From Macrostomum lignano (lineage: Eukaryota): 52,947 bases of DNA. The notes beneath the pieces are model-generated. The model was not told the DNA's origin. It ran no database searches and saw only the letters and a list, made by a program, of their open reading frames with translations. Position 1 is the stretch's first letter. Every line of letters starts with the position of its first letter. Positions 12,401 through 24,093 of this stretch are shown one piece after another. The DNA is taken from assembly GCA_002269645.1 (NCBI GenBank), contig NIVC01003691.1, positions 1 through 52,947 of the forward strand. The letters run 5' to 3'. The position numbers and the translations under genes are program-made.

Positions 12401-13133
12401 AACCATCGGTTGGCGCAGTTGCACCTTTTCTACCAGCAACCTGCGCCGCGTTTTAGAGGACAATCCCGGCTGTCCAGGGAGGAAGGTAGTTTTTGAATGG
12501 CAGTTGGCTATGTTTTAAACTAAGTGTATATGTATTTAAGGACTGTGGCCAGTGATATTCTGGTGACTATTCTGTAATCAGCATCGTTGCAAGGCCATGC
12601 TCAGCAGGAAAGGCTATGCAGAACTGAGGCTTGTTTCAACTAGGGACCCCATAGTTGGCGCCTTAGGTACCATGGGCGCCCTTTGCTGTTCAAAATCAAA
12701 AATCCCCACCTATACCTATACCATTGCAATTCACAATTATTCCGTGTAAAAAATCAAGGTTGCCTTTCTTTGCCGCGAACGCGGCGGCTCTGACGAAATC
12801 GGCAGTATTGAATGGCGCGTCGATTTATCCGCTTTGGGCGGCGCCTACCGCCTGGCCAACCTGCGACTTATGCTGTCGCTGGCAGCCAATCACTGCGGAG
12901 TTGTAGTGGAGACCTGCCTGTCAAGCGATACTGGCACCAGCGTCACTGTTCAGGAGAGCTTCTACTCTGGCGAGGTGGCCAACGGCGCCCGCTGGCTGTC
13001 AGTCCGGGCTCAGATTCGCCAGCTGCCAAATGAAACGGGCTCAGATTCTACTTGGGGCCAGCTTTTTCGTGTTGCAGACTCTAGCTGCCCGCTATTGCCG
13101 CTGTCCCTTTCTCTGGACATTGTTAAGGTGTAG
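5894..13133 (+). CDS. NGLY1: Cytosolic peptide:N-glycanase, thioredoxin-PUB-transglutaminase-PAW-PAW, about 1004 aa; join(5894..6160,6729..7241,8279..8446,9731..10285,10896..11596,12050..12485,12759..13133); alternative start at 5861
   Basis: WCQPC thioredoxin; PUB domain ([29 protein letters not shown]); Zn pairs CSVC and CQRC; catalytic triad in [14 protein letters not shown] and WLHVDPCE; two PAW repeats ending ..QLFRR and ..QLFRV. All six introns are GT-AG with matching phases (0,0,0,0,2,0). Confidence 0.92.
7345..8150. repeat. 56-bp minisatellite, about 14 copies, in NGLY1 intron 2
   Basis: Unit CTGGCAAATAGCCACCTGGTAAAGGTCTGGCAAATGACCAGCTAGGACACGGTTGT; period 56 (7404 to 7460). Confidence 0.95.
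8860..9660 (-). mobile_element. SINE family B copy interrupted by a (TATC)n array
   Basis: The reverse complement of 8860-8998 matches the family B 3' body; 9470-9660 matches its 5' half with a degenerate tRNA-like head. Confidence 0.55.
9003..9465. repeat. (TATC)n microsatellite, about 460 bp
   Basis: Read directly; includes CATC and TCTC variant units. Confidence 0.98.
10432..10803 (+). mobile_element. SINE family B copy with 12-bp TSD
   Basis: A box GTAGCCCAGTGG; body nearly identical to 18850-19120; AACCTTGATACG duplicated at 10420-10431 and 10804-10815. Confidence 0.75.
11690..11775 (+). mobile_element. Partial SINE family B fragment
   Basis: GTGTATGAGTGCGTGCCTG...GTGCTCAGGAGTCAGCGG matches the family B body. 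Confidence 0.5.
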
Positions 13134-13262
13134 AAGCTAGATCTTTGTGCAAAAATTGTTCGCATTGTTTTCTTTCCAAACTAGCAGTCACAAGTAGCGA
13201 TATATTTATACTTTTCGATGTGTGAATTCTAACATTCATTTCTCTCTACTAAAGTACGCTTC

Positions 13263-13355
13263 GTAGGGGGCAGAATTGCCTCAGTACTGGTTGTTTCTAT
13301 TCGGGATAAATACGATGTCGCCGAAGGCGTTGCACCCGGGTGCCCGCAATCCTTC
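13263..13355 (+). mobile_element. Partial SINE family B 3' fragment
   Basis: GGGCAGAATTGCCTCAGTACTGGTTG...CCGGGTGCCCGCAATCC resembles 3360-3435. Confidence 0.4.
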
Positions 13356-14661
13356 CGCGAATATTTACTCTTAAAGCATATAGTTTCAATTTTATATCAG
13401 CGGACGTCACGTCCTATAGGCAGGCAACTACAGAGACTTACTAGCGAATGCATGAGTATGCTAGCATGTGGCGTCAGTTCTCGGTTCGATTTTTTCCCCG
13501 AAAAGAAATAATTTTGATCGAAATCTTACGAATAATATGATGATTTGGTTTCCTCATTCGATAGCTGCATGCAGCAATCAGATTTAGAATATGGGTTCTA
13601 ATCTATTCTGATTACAGTCTAGCTGTGTAAATATTTTGAAATTTTAAAGATCGATTAATGAATTTTGTTGGTTTCTATTGTTGCGTATATGGATAAGCAT
13701 TGTTGGTCATAAGTGATTCTGTATCAGTTCTCTTTATTTAGAAATTAAAATTAATAATCATTTCTCATTTTAACCCGACAGTTTTTTTCTTCAGGTTTCA
13801 GGTCTGCTATTACATACTGACTGTGTATGTAATTCTCTTTTTTGTAGCTTCATGTAGGAGCGTGTGTTCGGTCTTGTGACTTTTAATGTCTGTCTACAAG
13901 TGGATCGGAAATGTTGATTCTTTATTACTATAAGAAATTGGTTTTTGATCTCTTCAATTGTGCCAAGCTTGGAAACTGTAAACAATGCTGACACACTTCT
14001 TACGTTGAAATAAATGTATAGTACTTGTTTTTTGTATACTTTCAAATTTCGTGAAAATAACAGTAATTACAGTTTATTCCGACAGACTACAGTAACTTTG
14101 CCTTTTCATTCACTGTATCAGCTCTGTCCCTCTGAAATTTGCAGTCTTATTGATTATTTCACTCTTTAGACTTTCTATTGTGATTAAATTTTTCTCTTGC
14201 ACAAGTCGCATGATTCATTTTTTATCTAATATTCAGATTATCAAGTACTTTGATGCTCTTTAACTGTCTGTGGCGTCTTACAAAATAATAAATAATATTC
14301 TATATGGATTGCTGGCTTTTGAAGCAGAATAAATAGCTTTTATTTCTTATTTTATTTTTGCGATTTTAGAACATGTATATAAGAAGTTAGGAACTATAGT
14401 CTAACTAGTAACTCTACGTAGCTATCTATTCATTAAATTGGTGTGTCATGTCAACTTCATTATCAACTTGTAATGTTTAACATCCAATTTTTCGTTTAGG
14501 CCACTGCAAATCACAGCAAAAACAGATTAAATGTATACTTTATAGTATTGCATTGAAGTTAAAAGAAGTAGAAATACCGGTATCATCAGACAATTTGTGA
14601 CAACAATTTGCTGTTTTGTAAGCTTAGGCACTGTTCAATTGGCACTGTTCAGTTTTTTCAT

Positions 14662-15573
14662 CTAAAAACACGCGGTTACGTATACGGAGTACAGTAGGAA
14701 CAGCAGTGTCAGGTTGATGAGCAGTTTGGCACCCAGGTGCATTGTTTTGCCGATGGCAACTGTTCCACTTCTAGCCAAAGCCAAGACTACTTCATTCGGC
14801 GTTGTCATACTCTGTGGAACACACTTTCCAAGGTTTGCTTTTACTGATGACTTCTGCTCTGGTTCCGCAAAGCAGCATGTTGTAGTTGGTGAATTCTCCG
14901 CTCTTTGAGAATTGCAGTGATAGCTCTTGTACCGGCGCTCGATTGAATTATGCGCTATTGTCCGTTGTGTCGGTTGTTGCTGAAGCAGCAGAAGCAATTG
15001 CTTTAGCAGGTGGCGTAGCTCACGAATGCCGCGGTAGGGTACTGCAGCGCCGTTGCAGATGCTGCTAAGCTCTTGCGCAAACCTGTAAAATCCTGTGCCC
15101 ACTCCGCCACAATCCACACAGTAGACAGATACATTCATACTTGCTAGGACTCGCGCCTCATTGCGCCAGTCCAGGTGATACTTATTGCGTTTGCTGTTTA
15201 GCTCATGTGGCACTGCATCTCCTAGTAGTACCAGCAAACGCGAAACTCCCGGCTGCTTACGCCAGTGCACTTTTGTTGCCGCCTGGTGCAACACCAGCTC
15301 ATAGCACTCCGGGTAATCTTGACCGCAAGTATTAGATGCCTCTTTAAGAAATTTGACGAGCTGGTTGATGCTTTCGGTTGGCTGATATAGTCGCGTCTCG
15401 TACTCGTCACCGTAGTCTCCGTGTAGAATGAGGCCGACTCGTAAATCTGTACCTGCTTTAAATAGACACCGCAAAATTAAACCGAGATCGCGACGAGCTG
15501 CCTCCAGAACGGTGTGCATTGAGGAAGTTGTGTCGAACGAAATTACTAAGTCCACGGCGGACGATGACGTCAT
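14662..15573 (-). CDS. Intronless von Willebrand factor A domain protein (vwkA-like subfamily), about 303 aa; alternative start at 15603
   Basis: DLVISFDTTSSM (MIDAS), VGLILHGDYGD, GQDYPECYELVL, LVLLGDAVPH and DWRNEA are characteristic motifs. The C-terminal about 90 aa is unassigned. Confidence 0.8.
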   Translation of the reverse strand: MTSSSAVDLVISFDTTSSMHTVLEAARRDLGLILRCLFKAGTDLRVGLILHGDYGDEYETRLYQPTESINQLVKFLKEASNTCGQDYPECYELVLHQAATKVHWRKQPGVSRLLVLLGDAVPHELNSKRNKYHLDWRNEARVLASMNVSVYCVDCGGVGTGFYRFAQELSSICNGAAVPYRGIRELRHLLKQLLLLLQQQPTQRTIAHNSIERRYKSYHCNSQRAENSPTTTCCFAEPEQKSSVKANLGKCVPQSMTTPNEVVLALARSGTVAIGKTMHLGAKLLINLTLLFLLYSVYVTACF

Positions 15574-16705
15574 AGGGATTGCTTTTTCTGTATATGTTTG
15601 CAAAAGTTTTTGTTAAGAATCCCAGCGTTTAGTTCTGCCACTTTCTATTTCGTCTATTTTTAAGATGCCGTTGTAGTTTTGATACGGTGGTGCGATGTGG
15701 CACACTTATGCGTGGTATTTATAGCCTCTTCATATACTTCCATCGCGTGCTATGACTCGCGCTTGTCAGTCTCCTTCCTGCCCTCTCTTGCGTGCGTGTG
15801 CAGCCTTCCTATTTCGTATGCATTTCATTTTCCACACACCACCCGCATTCCTCTTCAAAACTGTAGGAGAAGAAAACTAAAGAAATGAAAAGTGGATTGC
15901 TCGTCGCTTGCATTCAAACCTTTGTATTTTCTGTCTTACACTATCTGCCGAAACTAATATCAGTATTTGCCAAAGGCTGGTCTTAGTTATATAGGTTTAA
16001 AAGCGCAGCGTTATGCAGTAATTCTCTATTGCTAATAATAGACTCAAGTTCTGAGTCATCTTAAACAGCTTCTTGCCTGTTTAATTCGGTTTCTGAGCAT
16101 TCTTTGAATTCCATTGCATTCTCAATGAAAATTAACTATGAATTTCAGCTGTTGTGGGGGTGGAGTTTGTTAAAGTTATCTTAGCCGCTGTTCATATCTT
16201 TTAAGGCCATTCATGGCGCTATTCTTTTTGCTGTCTGCTTAGCTACCTAACCCGAACTCTGCCCATCTATATTACCTCAACGAGAAAAGAGTAATTTCAG
16301 AATCCTAAGTTTCGAAGCTTCTATGCTATGATTGAACGTGTAGGCTTTCCATAAATTATTTACTCTCGTACTTTCAAGTGTATCATTTTGGCGGAGTCTT
16401 CAGTATAGAGTACCAGTTAGGCCGAAGATTTGAAGCCGATTTCTCACTTCGAAGCTGGTTTCCAAGCAATATTTCTATGGCCAAAACTGCCATTACCTGT
16501 CTAAATGCGTCAGAAAGCTTTGTACGGCAGTTGCTACATCAAATTTCTAACACCTTGAAAAATGCCGTATCTGATAACCCTTTGACCTTATTGACACTGT
16601 ATGTTATTTTGATCATCTTTTGCGCATTCTTGATTTGCAAACTTGAAAACTGGACTTCATTTTCATTGCATGCACTTTTTACTTGCATGCTAAGATTTGT
16701 AACGC

Positions 16706-18461
16706 ATGACTCAACCGAGTAGCAGTCAAGAAGAGCAGCAGCCTGCAGCTGCGGCGGCTTCTCATCTTCAAACGCATGCTCCTGTGTCCGCCTTCCTGCC
16801 TGGCGGCCAGTTTGCCATGCCACTGTCTGCTTTTGTGCCTGCGGCCACTACAACTGCGCCTTGGTGCAGCGTCCAATATTACGAGTTGAAGACCAAAGTA
16901 GGCGAGAGTTATCACGCTTCTGGGCCGGAGTTCACCATCGATGGGTACACTTGTCCTCTGGCGCCCAATCGATTTTCTGTCGGCGCCCTCAGCAATGTGA
17001 ACCGCTGTCGCGAGGTTGAGAGTGTCCGACGATTGATTGGCCGAGGCGTTCATATTCAACGAAACGCGGATACTGGCGAGGTTTTTCTTACCAACCTGTC
17101 TAATAGTCCGGTGTTCCTTCAGGCCCCGTGCATCAACTACGACAGCAATCCTGGGGTAGTAGTACGATTGGATGTTGGCAGTAAGTTTAATTCGACTTTT
17201 CTTCTCTGAATATATTCAATATTCAATAGTATTATCAAGGACGGCTTTATTAGAAGGACGGAGATCTTCGTTTCTTAGAAAATATTTGGCAGCTGGCTCT
17301 ACGGCTCTACGCTAAAATTTGCTACGGAGACAGGAACAGTCAGACAGGCAGTTTCGCATTAGAAGCGCATCAAAATGCTCAAGAGGCATTTTTCGTTTAG
17401 GACATATGAATGTAAATTAGAATGAGCAATATTTATTCATCTGTTTTTGTGCTGGAATAGTAAAAAGCTTTTTATCTCCATGGAGACAAGACAGCCCCTC
17501 GAAGATTTTCTAAGAAAAGAAATCTCATTATCCTACTCAAACCAATAAGTGCTGATTGAGCATGCTTTTTATGGTTTTGGAGGGCTGATTACTTGATTAA
17601 TTTCAAGTATTTTAAGCCTTAAATCATTGTGTTAGTGTTTCCGTAAATTTTGTGCTCAGTTTTCTATTCAGTGGGATTTATTGAAACCGGCTCTGCACTG
17701 CTTGCAGTCTGTAGCTAAAGCAAATGCTCTCTAATGCTCTCGTAGCTGATAGCTAATGCGTCATCAGTATGCAGTCTCTCTATTAATAAACTAGCACACG
17801 TGTCTTACAAACTCTTGCGGTTTTCTTGGGCTATCCACCTCGGTTTTCTGCACCACTTTTGCCTCTCCTTGTCTGACAGCCTTCTAGCTGTTTTATATTT
17901 AACCTATTGTGACTGTGAGAACGAACTGGCCTTATTGAGCAGAGCCTGTGAAGCTTTGCTTGCTTTTTAATTTATCCGTTTTTACAGCACATATTAAGGT
18001 GATTCTAGCGATTCTTCTGAAGTGAAGTACATGTATGTCCTAGAAATTTACAATTCAATTGCCTGCGAAACAATGAGGACTGCGAATACCTTACTGCAGA
18101 GGATTCAATTATTTAACTCAATAATTCAAGAAGATAGAGACAATAGAAAATATAGCAAATAGTTTAACCCGCCTTTCAACAATTCGCAGGCGACAAGCTG
18201 CTGGTTTTTTCCATGCAAAGCTTTCTTGAAAAAGTGCAACAGCTGCGCGGCCGGTGGCCCCCGCGCGAGGCCCTGAACCGCGCGCAGGCACTGTGCTCCA
18301 TTCGCCTGTCCTTTGTGAAAGGCTGGGGTCATAATTACCAGCTGCAGTGTATCATGTCTACACCATGCCACTGTGAGGTCATCTTCAACGAGGCTTATCG
18401 CGAACTTGACGGCGATCTTACTAATCCTGCTCTCGCTGACATGCCTTCATCAATGTCATAA
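16706..18461 (+). CDS. Smad-family protein with an MH2 domain only and a C-terminal SSMS; join(16706..17180,18190..18461), 248 aa
   Basis: WCSVQYYELKTKVGE, FSVGALSNVNR, IGRGV and CSIRLSFVKGWG..STPC are MH2 hallmarks. Phase-1 intron GTAAGT..GCAG. In-frame TAA at 16700 precedes the ATG. Confidence 0.85.
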
Positions 18462-18774
18462 TTTTGGCGCTGTTTTCAACAATTCACTTTTTATATGCTT
18501 TTCTCTCATTTTATTTTTCGCAACAAAACTGCTAATTGTATTTGTTCAATTGTTTTATTCCACTTCGGCTTGTATCAAGGCGCGAAAAGCACATCTGCAG
18601 GAGTCGGAGACTGTAAGGATGCGGCAGTCCCCAGAAAAAGTGGATTACAATGTCCATATTCAAAGGAAATCGTAAAAAATATCCCTAGCGGGTACATAAA
18701 AGCTACTAGAAGTTGGCTAAGTTTACATGAACTAATGCCTGTACATTAGCGTGCACTGTCATGCTCGTTTAAGC

Positions 18775-19125
18775 GCATTTGTATAATTTATATAAGCGCG
18801 CACTATCATAGGAGGAGCGGCCCAGGCTCGATTCCAAGTGCAGTCACATTAATTTGGGTCTAAATTAGAATCTCGGTTTGGCTCTGCTCCTGCAGTTAAC
18901 GCCTTTGAAGGCCAAGAGCCCCAAGGCACAGTGAAGTGTGCATGCCTAACGATAAATAAAGTTAGGGCCGCTGTACACTCCTGTGTGTGTGTGCCTGTGC
19001 GTATGACTGCGTACGTATCCGCGCGCTTGTGTGCCTGCTCAGGGGAGTCGTCGGAATGGGCAGTAATGCTTCTCGTCGGTTGTGTAACAGACAATGTCGC
19101 TTAAAGTTCGCCGGGGTGCAACTAG
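18775..19125 (+). mobile_element. SINE family B copy
   Basis: B box GGCTCGATTCC; body highly similar to 10525-10770. Confidence 0.7.
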
Positions 19126-19347
19126 CAAAAATCATAAAAGCACATTTTCATAAATGCGCAACTATCGTGTGAGGAAAGTTATGCAAGCACACATCAATTT
19201 AGCCACACCTTGCATTGACAAGCGCGCACTTTTGCTAAAAAAGTTTTTTTTGACTAAGAAGCACTTTTGTGTTGACTAGTTTCGTCAAGCTGCTAAGCTT
19301 GAGTTCGCGCTAATGAAAAAGACCTGACCAGACCTGTACGCGTAAAT

Positions 19348-19734
19348 CAGGGGTCGGCAAACTTTTTTACCTCGAGGGCCAGATGAGAGAGGAAAGGAGA
19401 GGGAATAGAAAATGAGAGATAAGAGAGAAGAGATAAGAAAGAAGACAAGAGAAGAAAAGAGGGGAGAGACGAGACGAGAGAATGCAGTGAGGGAGGCGAG
19501 GAGAGAAAAGGGAAGGGGGGAGAGAGGAGAGAGGGAAGGGGAGAAAAAAGAGAGAGGGGGAACAGAGTGTAAGAGGAGAGAGGGAAGGGGAGAAAGAAGA
19601 GAGAGGGGGGGAGGAAACAGAGTGTAAGAGGAGAGAGGGGAAAAAGACACAAGCCTTGGGCCAAATTGCTATTTTATTAAAGGACCTGAGGGCCGGATAG
19701 AGAGGCTTCGCGGGCCGGAGTTCGCCGACCCCTG
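19348..19734. mobile_element. hAT (Charlie-like) MITE carrying a GA-rich tract
   Basis: TIRs CAGGGGTCGGCAAAC / GTTCGCCGACCCCTG; TSD GCGTAAAT/CCGTAAAT (7 of 8 match). Confidence 0.85.
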
Positions 19735-20453
19735 CCGTAAATGCTGGTTATATAACTATACAGACGCTAAAGATGCTTCTCATTAGTGAAAAATCTTAGT
19801 CTAATCTATAAGATTGGAGAGCAAACCGTTGAATTAAAACTGTGTCTGTGTGGCTCCGCTTTAGGCACAACAGTTAAGACCGACACTGCAAGTGCTGTTT
19901 GCTGGAGGCTTTGGTCCATCAGATTTTGAGGCTTGTTGCTTCGCTTTTACCTACAAATCGTTTCCCTGGTGAGTCGTTATTGGGCCTGGTGTACGCGCAA
20001 TTTCATTTTTTATCATGTTATACGAATCTGTTTTAATTGTGACTGTCAACCACCGCTGATAGTGGTATGTTACTTTGTCTCTATTATTACTCCTATATAA
20101 GAGTTCTTTTCACAATTTTTATATTACATAGATTTTTTACAGTTATAAAAGTGTTCAATAGCGCCAGTCTGTGCTTTTTTAAATTATTTTGCCTCTGTTG
20201 TTAACTGCAACTTATCTTCAAAACACCTTTGTACACTTACATATTGTATTTGTGTGCCCGAACTTCTGTGTAAATGCATTATAATACTTAAATATTTCCC
20301 CGTTGGATTTGTCTTCCTTCAAAATTCGTTCTCAAATCCCCTTTCTATTAACTATATATGCTATTGCACAACCATACATTCTTACGCTTGTTTGGCTACG
20401 CTTGTAATTGCATTTCTTAATCAAAATCAATTCGGAACTGCAAACTAATCCCC

Positions 20454-20920
20454 TTGATCAGATATAAGGGCTACTCATTTTCCTGTATCATTACGCTTGC
20501 ATTACTGACCTGTTAGTTTTTGTCTGCATTGCCACTTAAACTTGCTAAAACTTGCTAAAACTTGCTAAATAAAAATAAATTTTCAATTGCGGAAATTCAC
20601 TTGAAACTCTACATGCATGTGAAACATGCCCTATTTTAAATTATTATTGTGTACTTTTATCATTTCCTAATGAAGCAAAGTACAGGCGGATTGCGAGGGT
20701 GCACAAGTAAAATGCTTTTTATGCCTTATTCGATTCAGACAGTTTATGATGATAGCACCAAGCGGCATGTTCAGCAGTCAAAATGCGCAGTTGAAGACAC
20801 CTTCGGGACTTTGTCCGCCCAAAATGGAAATAAATAGGCAATCCATACGTGCAACTGCATGAAGCCAATAAGAAGCCGCTTCTGGAAATTAAATCTGGAT
20901 GTTTTCGTAACAAGTATTAA
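20454..20920 (+). pseudogene. Possible highly decayed PIF/Harbinger-type transposase remnant
   Basis: Fragments LIRYKGY, LFMPY and SKCAVEDTFGTL resemble the D.GY, tPy and R..VE..FG.L motifs of DDE_Tnp_4; interrupted by stops and frameshifts. Confidence 0.3.
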
Positions 20921-21009
20921 GTAGTCCGCTAAGTTAAGTCCGCCTCGCTCTCCCAATAGACTCAAGCCAACCTTCGCCTCCCGACCGAAAATATTTGTCC
21001 TTTCAAAAA

Positions 21010-21310
21010 CAGTAAGTGTGCCAGTTGTGCCACAAATATGCCCTTTGACAGAGTTATAAATGTCTTTGTATGTCATATTTGGCACACTTGATACAATTGT
21101 ACCAATTGTGCCGTAGCTATGTCATTTGGCACAGCACAGTTTGTAAATGTCGATGTATGTCCTATTTGGCACACTTGACACAAATAGTATTTTTACTGCT
21201 AATTGGCCAACGAAACCAATTGGCACACTTAGCACACTTGCTACAATTGTACCAGTTGTGCCACAGCTATGACATTTGGTCTTTGTCCTATTTGGCACAC
21301 TTGGCTCAAA
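21010..21310. repeat. Cluster of TGGCACA/TGTGCCA motifs
   Basis: More than ten copies of the motif in both orientations; a related cluster lies at 23030-23235. Confidence 0.7.
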
Positions 21311-21692
21311 TAACCTTTTTTATTGCTAATTACCTAACAAAACTGTTTGTCACACACCCGGTGCAACTTGCACTGAGGCTGCGACGTCAGTAGCTTCGAT
21401 TTCGGCAGATGACCGGCAGGTTTTCACTCCCAACTTGCGGCATTATCTGCTCAGACGCTCGAAAATGGCGCAACCGCGTTTGATTGACGCCATTACAAAT
21501 GAACTAAAGCAGCAGATCACGCAGCATCCCACCGTCCATCTAGATCAGCTCGTGGACCCAGCCGTCAGTTGACAACATGCTGGTCGACGACAATGGAAAG
21601 AAATTATACTACGGTAAGAAATTAATAGTCCTTCATTTATGATCGCGCAAATATCCTATTGTTACTCTCAAACGCTCTCCAATCCTTAAAAA

Positions 21693-22060
21693 ACACCTCT
21701 GCAGCCAATCGGTTTCGCCTTTACGTCCAACGTCGCTCGGACCAGGGTCACGGCCCGAGTAAAGATATATAAAGAACCAACGACTCCGGCCAACCTCAAT
21801 GCACTTCTCCGCGAGATGGTGCGGGGGTGCTTCAGCGACGACGAGCTTTTGGTAACGTCGTTGAGCGATCGCGCTACTGAGCCTGGTCGGCCACGCCTGC
21901 TACCTGGCTGGAATCGACATCCCAACCAATATGAAAGCGATTGAAAAGGCCAACGTCCGATGCTCCATCACCGTCAGTCGGCGTGAAAAGCAGTTCGGAC
22001 GTTTGCCTGTAAAGAAACTTCGTCAAGGTGCGGCTGCCAATGTCACTGACACTGTGCAGT
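21693..22060 (+). pseudogene. Possible BEN-domain-like coding remnant
   Basis: Frame starting 21693 reads PTTPANLNALLREMVRGCFSDDELLVTSLSDRATEPGRPRLLP, similar to the BEN motif L..LL...F..eeL...Sl.G.....p.L; then loses frame. Confidence 0.3.
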
Positions 22061-23029
22061 CGGAGGCGGTTAATGCACCTCGCGAGGACTTAGCGCAGAA
22101 TGTCTACTGTTGCATCTAGCAAAACTAAACTTGTTTGGCAGATGCGGGACCCGTCTAGCTTGGCCTGTCTCCCTCATGTTTCTGGTTTTGTTTTCCCCTG
22201 GAAATATGCTCTTTCCCACATAAAGTAACCAACTATATTACTATAGTTAGTTCCAGACTCGTAAATTACAATAGCACCAGGAATCAGGCTTGTTGTCTAA
22301 CTAAAAAAGTATAGGGGTACAGGGGTATTGGAGCTGGTTTCACTAATTGCTTGTTTTTCGTCTAGTTGTTTGTGCTTTTTAAATTAGTGTATACATTAGA
22401 TGTATACATGTTGTTACATTAAACTCCTGTGCCACGTGTAGTCGACTCAGTAGTTAATTTGTTACATTTCATGCTTTGGTTTCAAATGTATTAGAAGTGC
22501 AAACTCTTTGGCTGGCACCACAATTTTCATGCACCGCGCTTTTTAATTACGTTGTTTTTTGTTTCCTGTCCAATGTCCGCTGTCTGTTATGTTTCTTTCC
22601 GTTAACTTCTAGTATGCATTTTTTAATTCCGCAGCCTCCCCCTTTTCCTGTTTTATACATGTTTTTTGTCCTATTTGCTACTTCCCATTAAATATATACG
22701 TATTTATGCAACATCCCTTTTTCCAACTGTTTTAATCTGTTTATGTTCGCGCTCGACATTATTTTAAAGTTTAATTTAAATTCACAACTCTTTTCAATTT
22801 GTCTTCCCTCATTTAAACATGAGAAGGACTTCTCGCAAAATGTTAGCTTCATACACTTCATACACATACACTTCATAACTCGTAGTTGACTAACAGGTCA
22901 ACTATAGCAGCATCAGATAACACATTATGTGCTTAGTTCAACTGCTTTAAACTGCAAATTTACTCGTCTGGCGAATTTACACCAAATAGCACAGTACGCG
23001 CTAGTTTAACTGCTTCTAGCTGCACATTT

Positions 23030-23235
23030 ACTCGTATGGTGCCAAATGGTACATTTATGGCACAGTTGTGCACAATTATAAGCACTCAAAAATAGCTGAG
23101 ACAACTGGCACAGTTGTGGCATAGTTGTGGCACAGCAGTGCACAATTAAAAATTTGATTCTTAATTGTGTCACATGTGCCAATTGGCACAGCTTGGCACA
23201 GTTATATTTGTGCCAAGCTGTGCCACCAATTGTCG
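23030..23235. repeat. Second TGGCACA/TGTGCCA motif cluster
   Basis: Same motif; part of it aligns loosely in inverted orientation to 21080-21130. Confidence 0.65.
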
Positions 23236-24093
23236 ATTCTGCCCAATTTCGTGTCATTTCGACAGTTATTTTGGGATTCCCCCAATTCATTTTTATGTGC
23301 TATTTGACGCATTTAAAGAACAATTATTTCCGGTCGGGAAACCCCACGTTCAATACTTTAAGGGCGAGGCCCGACTCTCTGATTATAAGATACGCCGACC
23401 CACCTACATGTATCACCTGACTTCAGTTTAGGGTTATAAGTGTAGTTTAATCAGTCTGAAATAGTGAAATTTAGTTTAACTTACTTAATTGACAAATAAA
23501 TTTTTAGAGTGCCAACTTATCTAATGAACGCGCTTGTAGTGCCCATGTGGCATTAATGAGCGCCTGTTATTATTGAATTATTGTACATGTACATGTAAGA
23601 GTCGGACACCAAGGATGACACGTTATATTTAGGTTTGACTCAATTAATTGCCTCTTCAAAAGCGTTATTTTAAATTCTGAGAACAGCTAAGAAGATCCTC
23701 TCGGCCCTCGACCAGAGATAAACTTGTCTGATCTTATACAGCCAGCTTAAGAACCTGTTATTCATGTACATGTACATATAACACTGTATTGTTTTAATTT
23801 CTCCGCGACAACACGATAGTGTGACCCCCTACTTTAAGCAATATTCACAATAAAGCCGTGTTTAGTTGCATTTGATTTAATGTGGAAAAACGAAATTCTA
23901 ATTAACTTGGCAAAGCAAGCAGGCGCTATATTCAGACCTAAAATTCACAACTTCTAAGCACACACACGACTTTTAATTCACATTGCCTAACTTTTACAAC
24001 GTCTAATTAAAAACAATACTGCAAACCTCCTATATAAAATCGCCTAAATTTCACAACGCCAAAAATCTCTGCACATAATCCGCTAAATTATGC

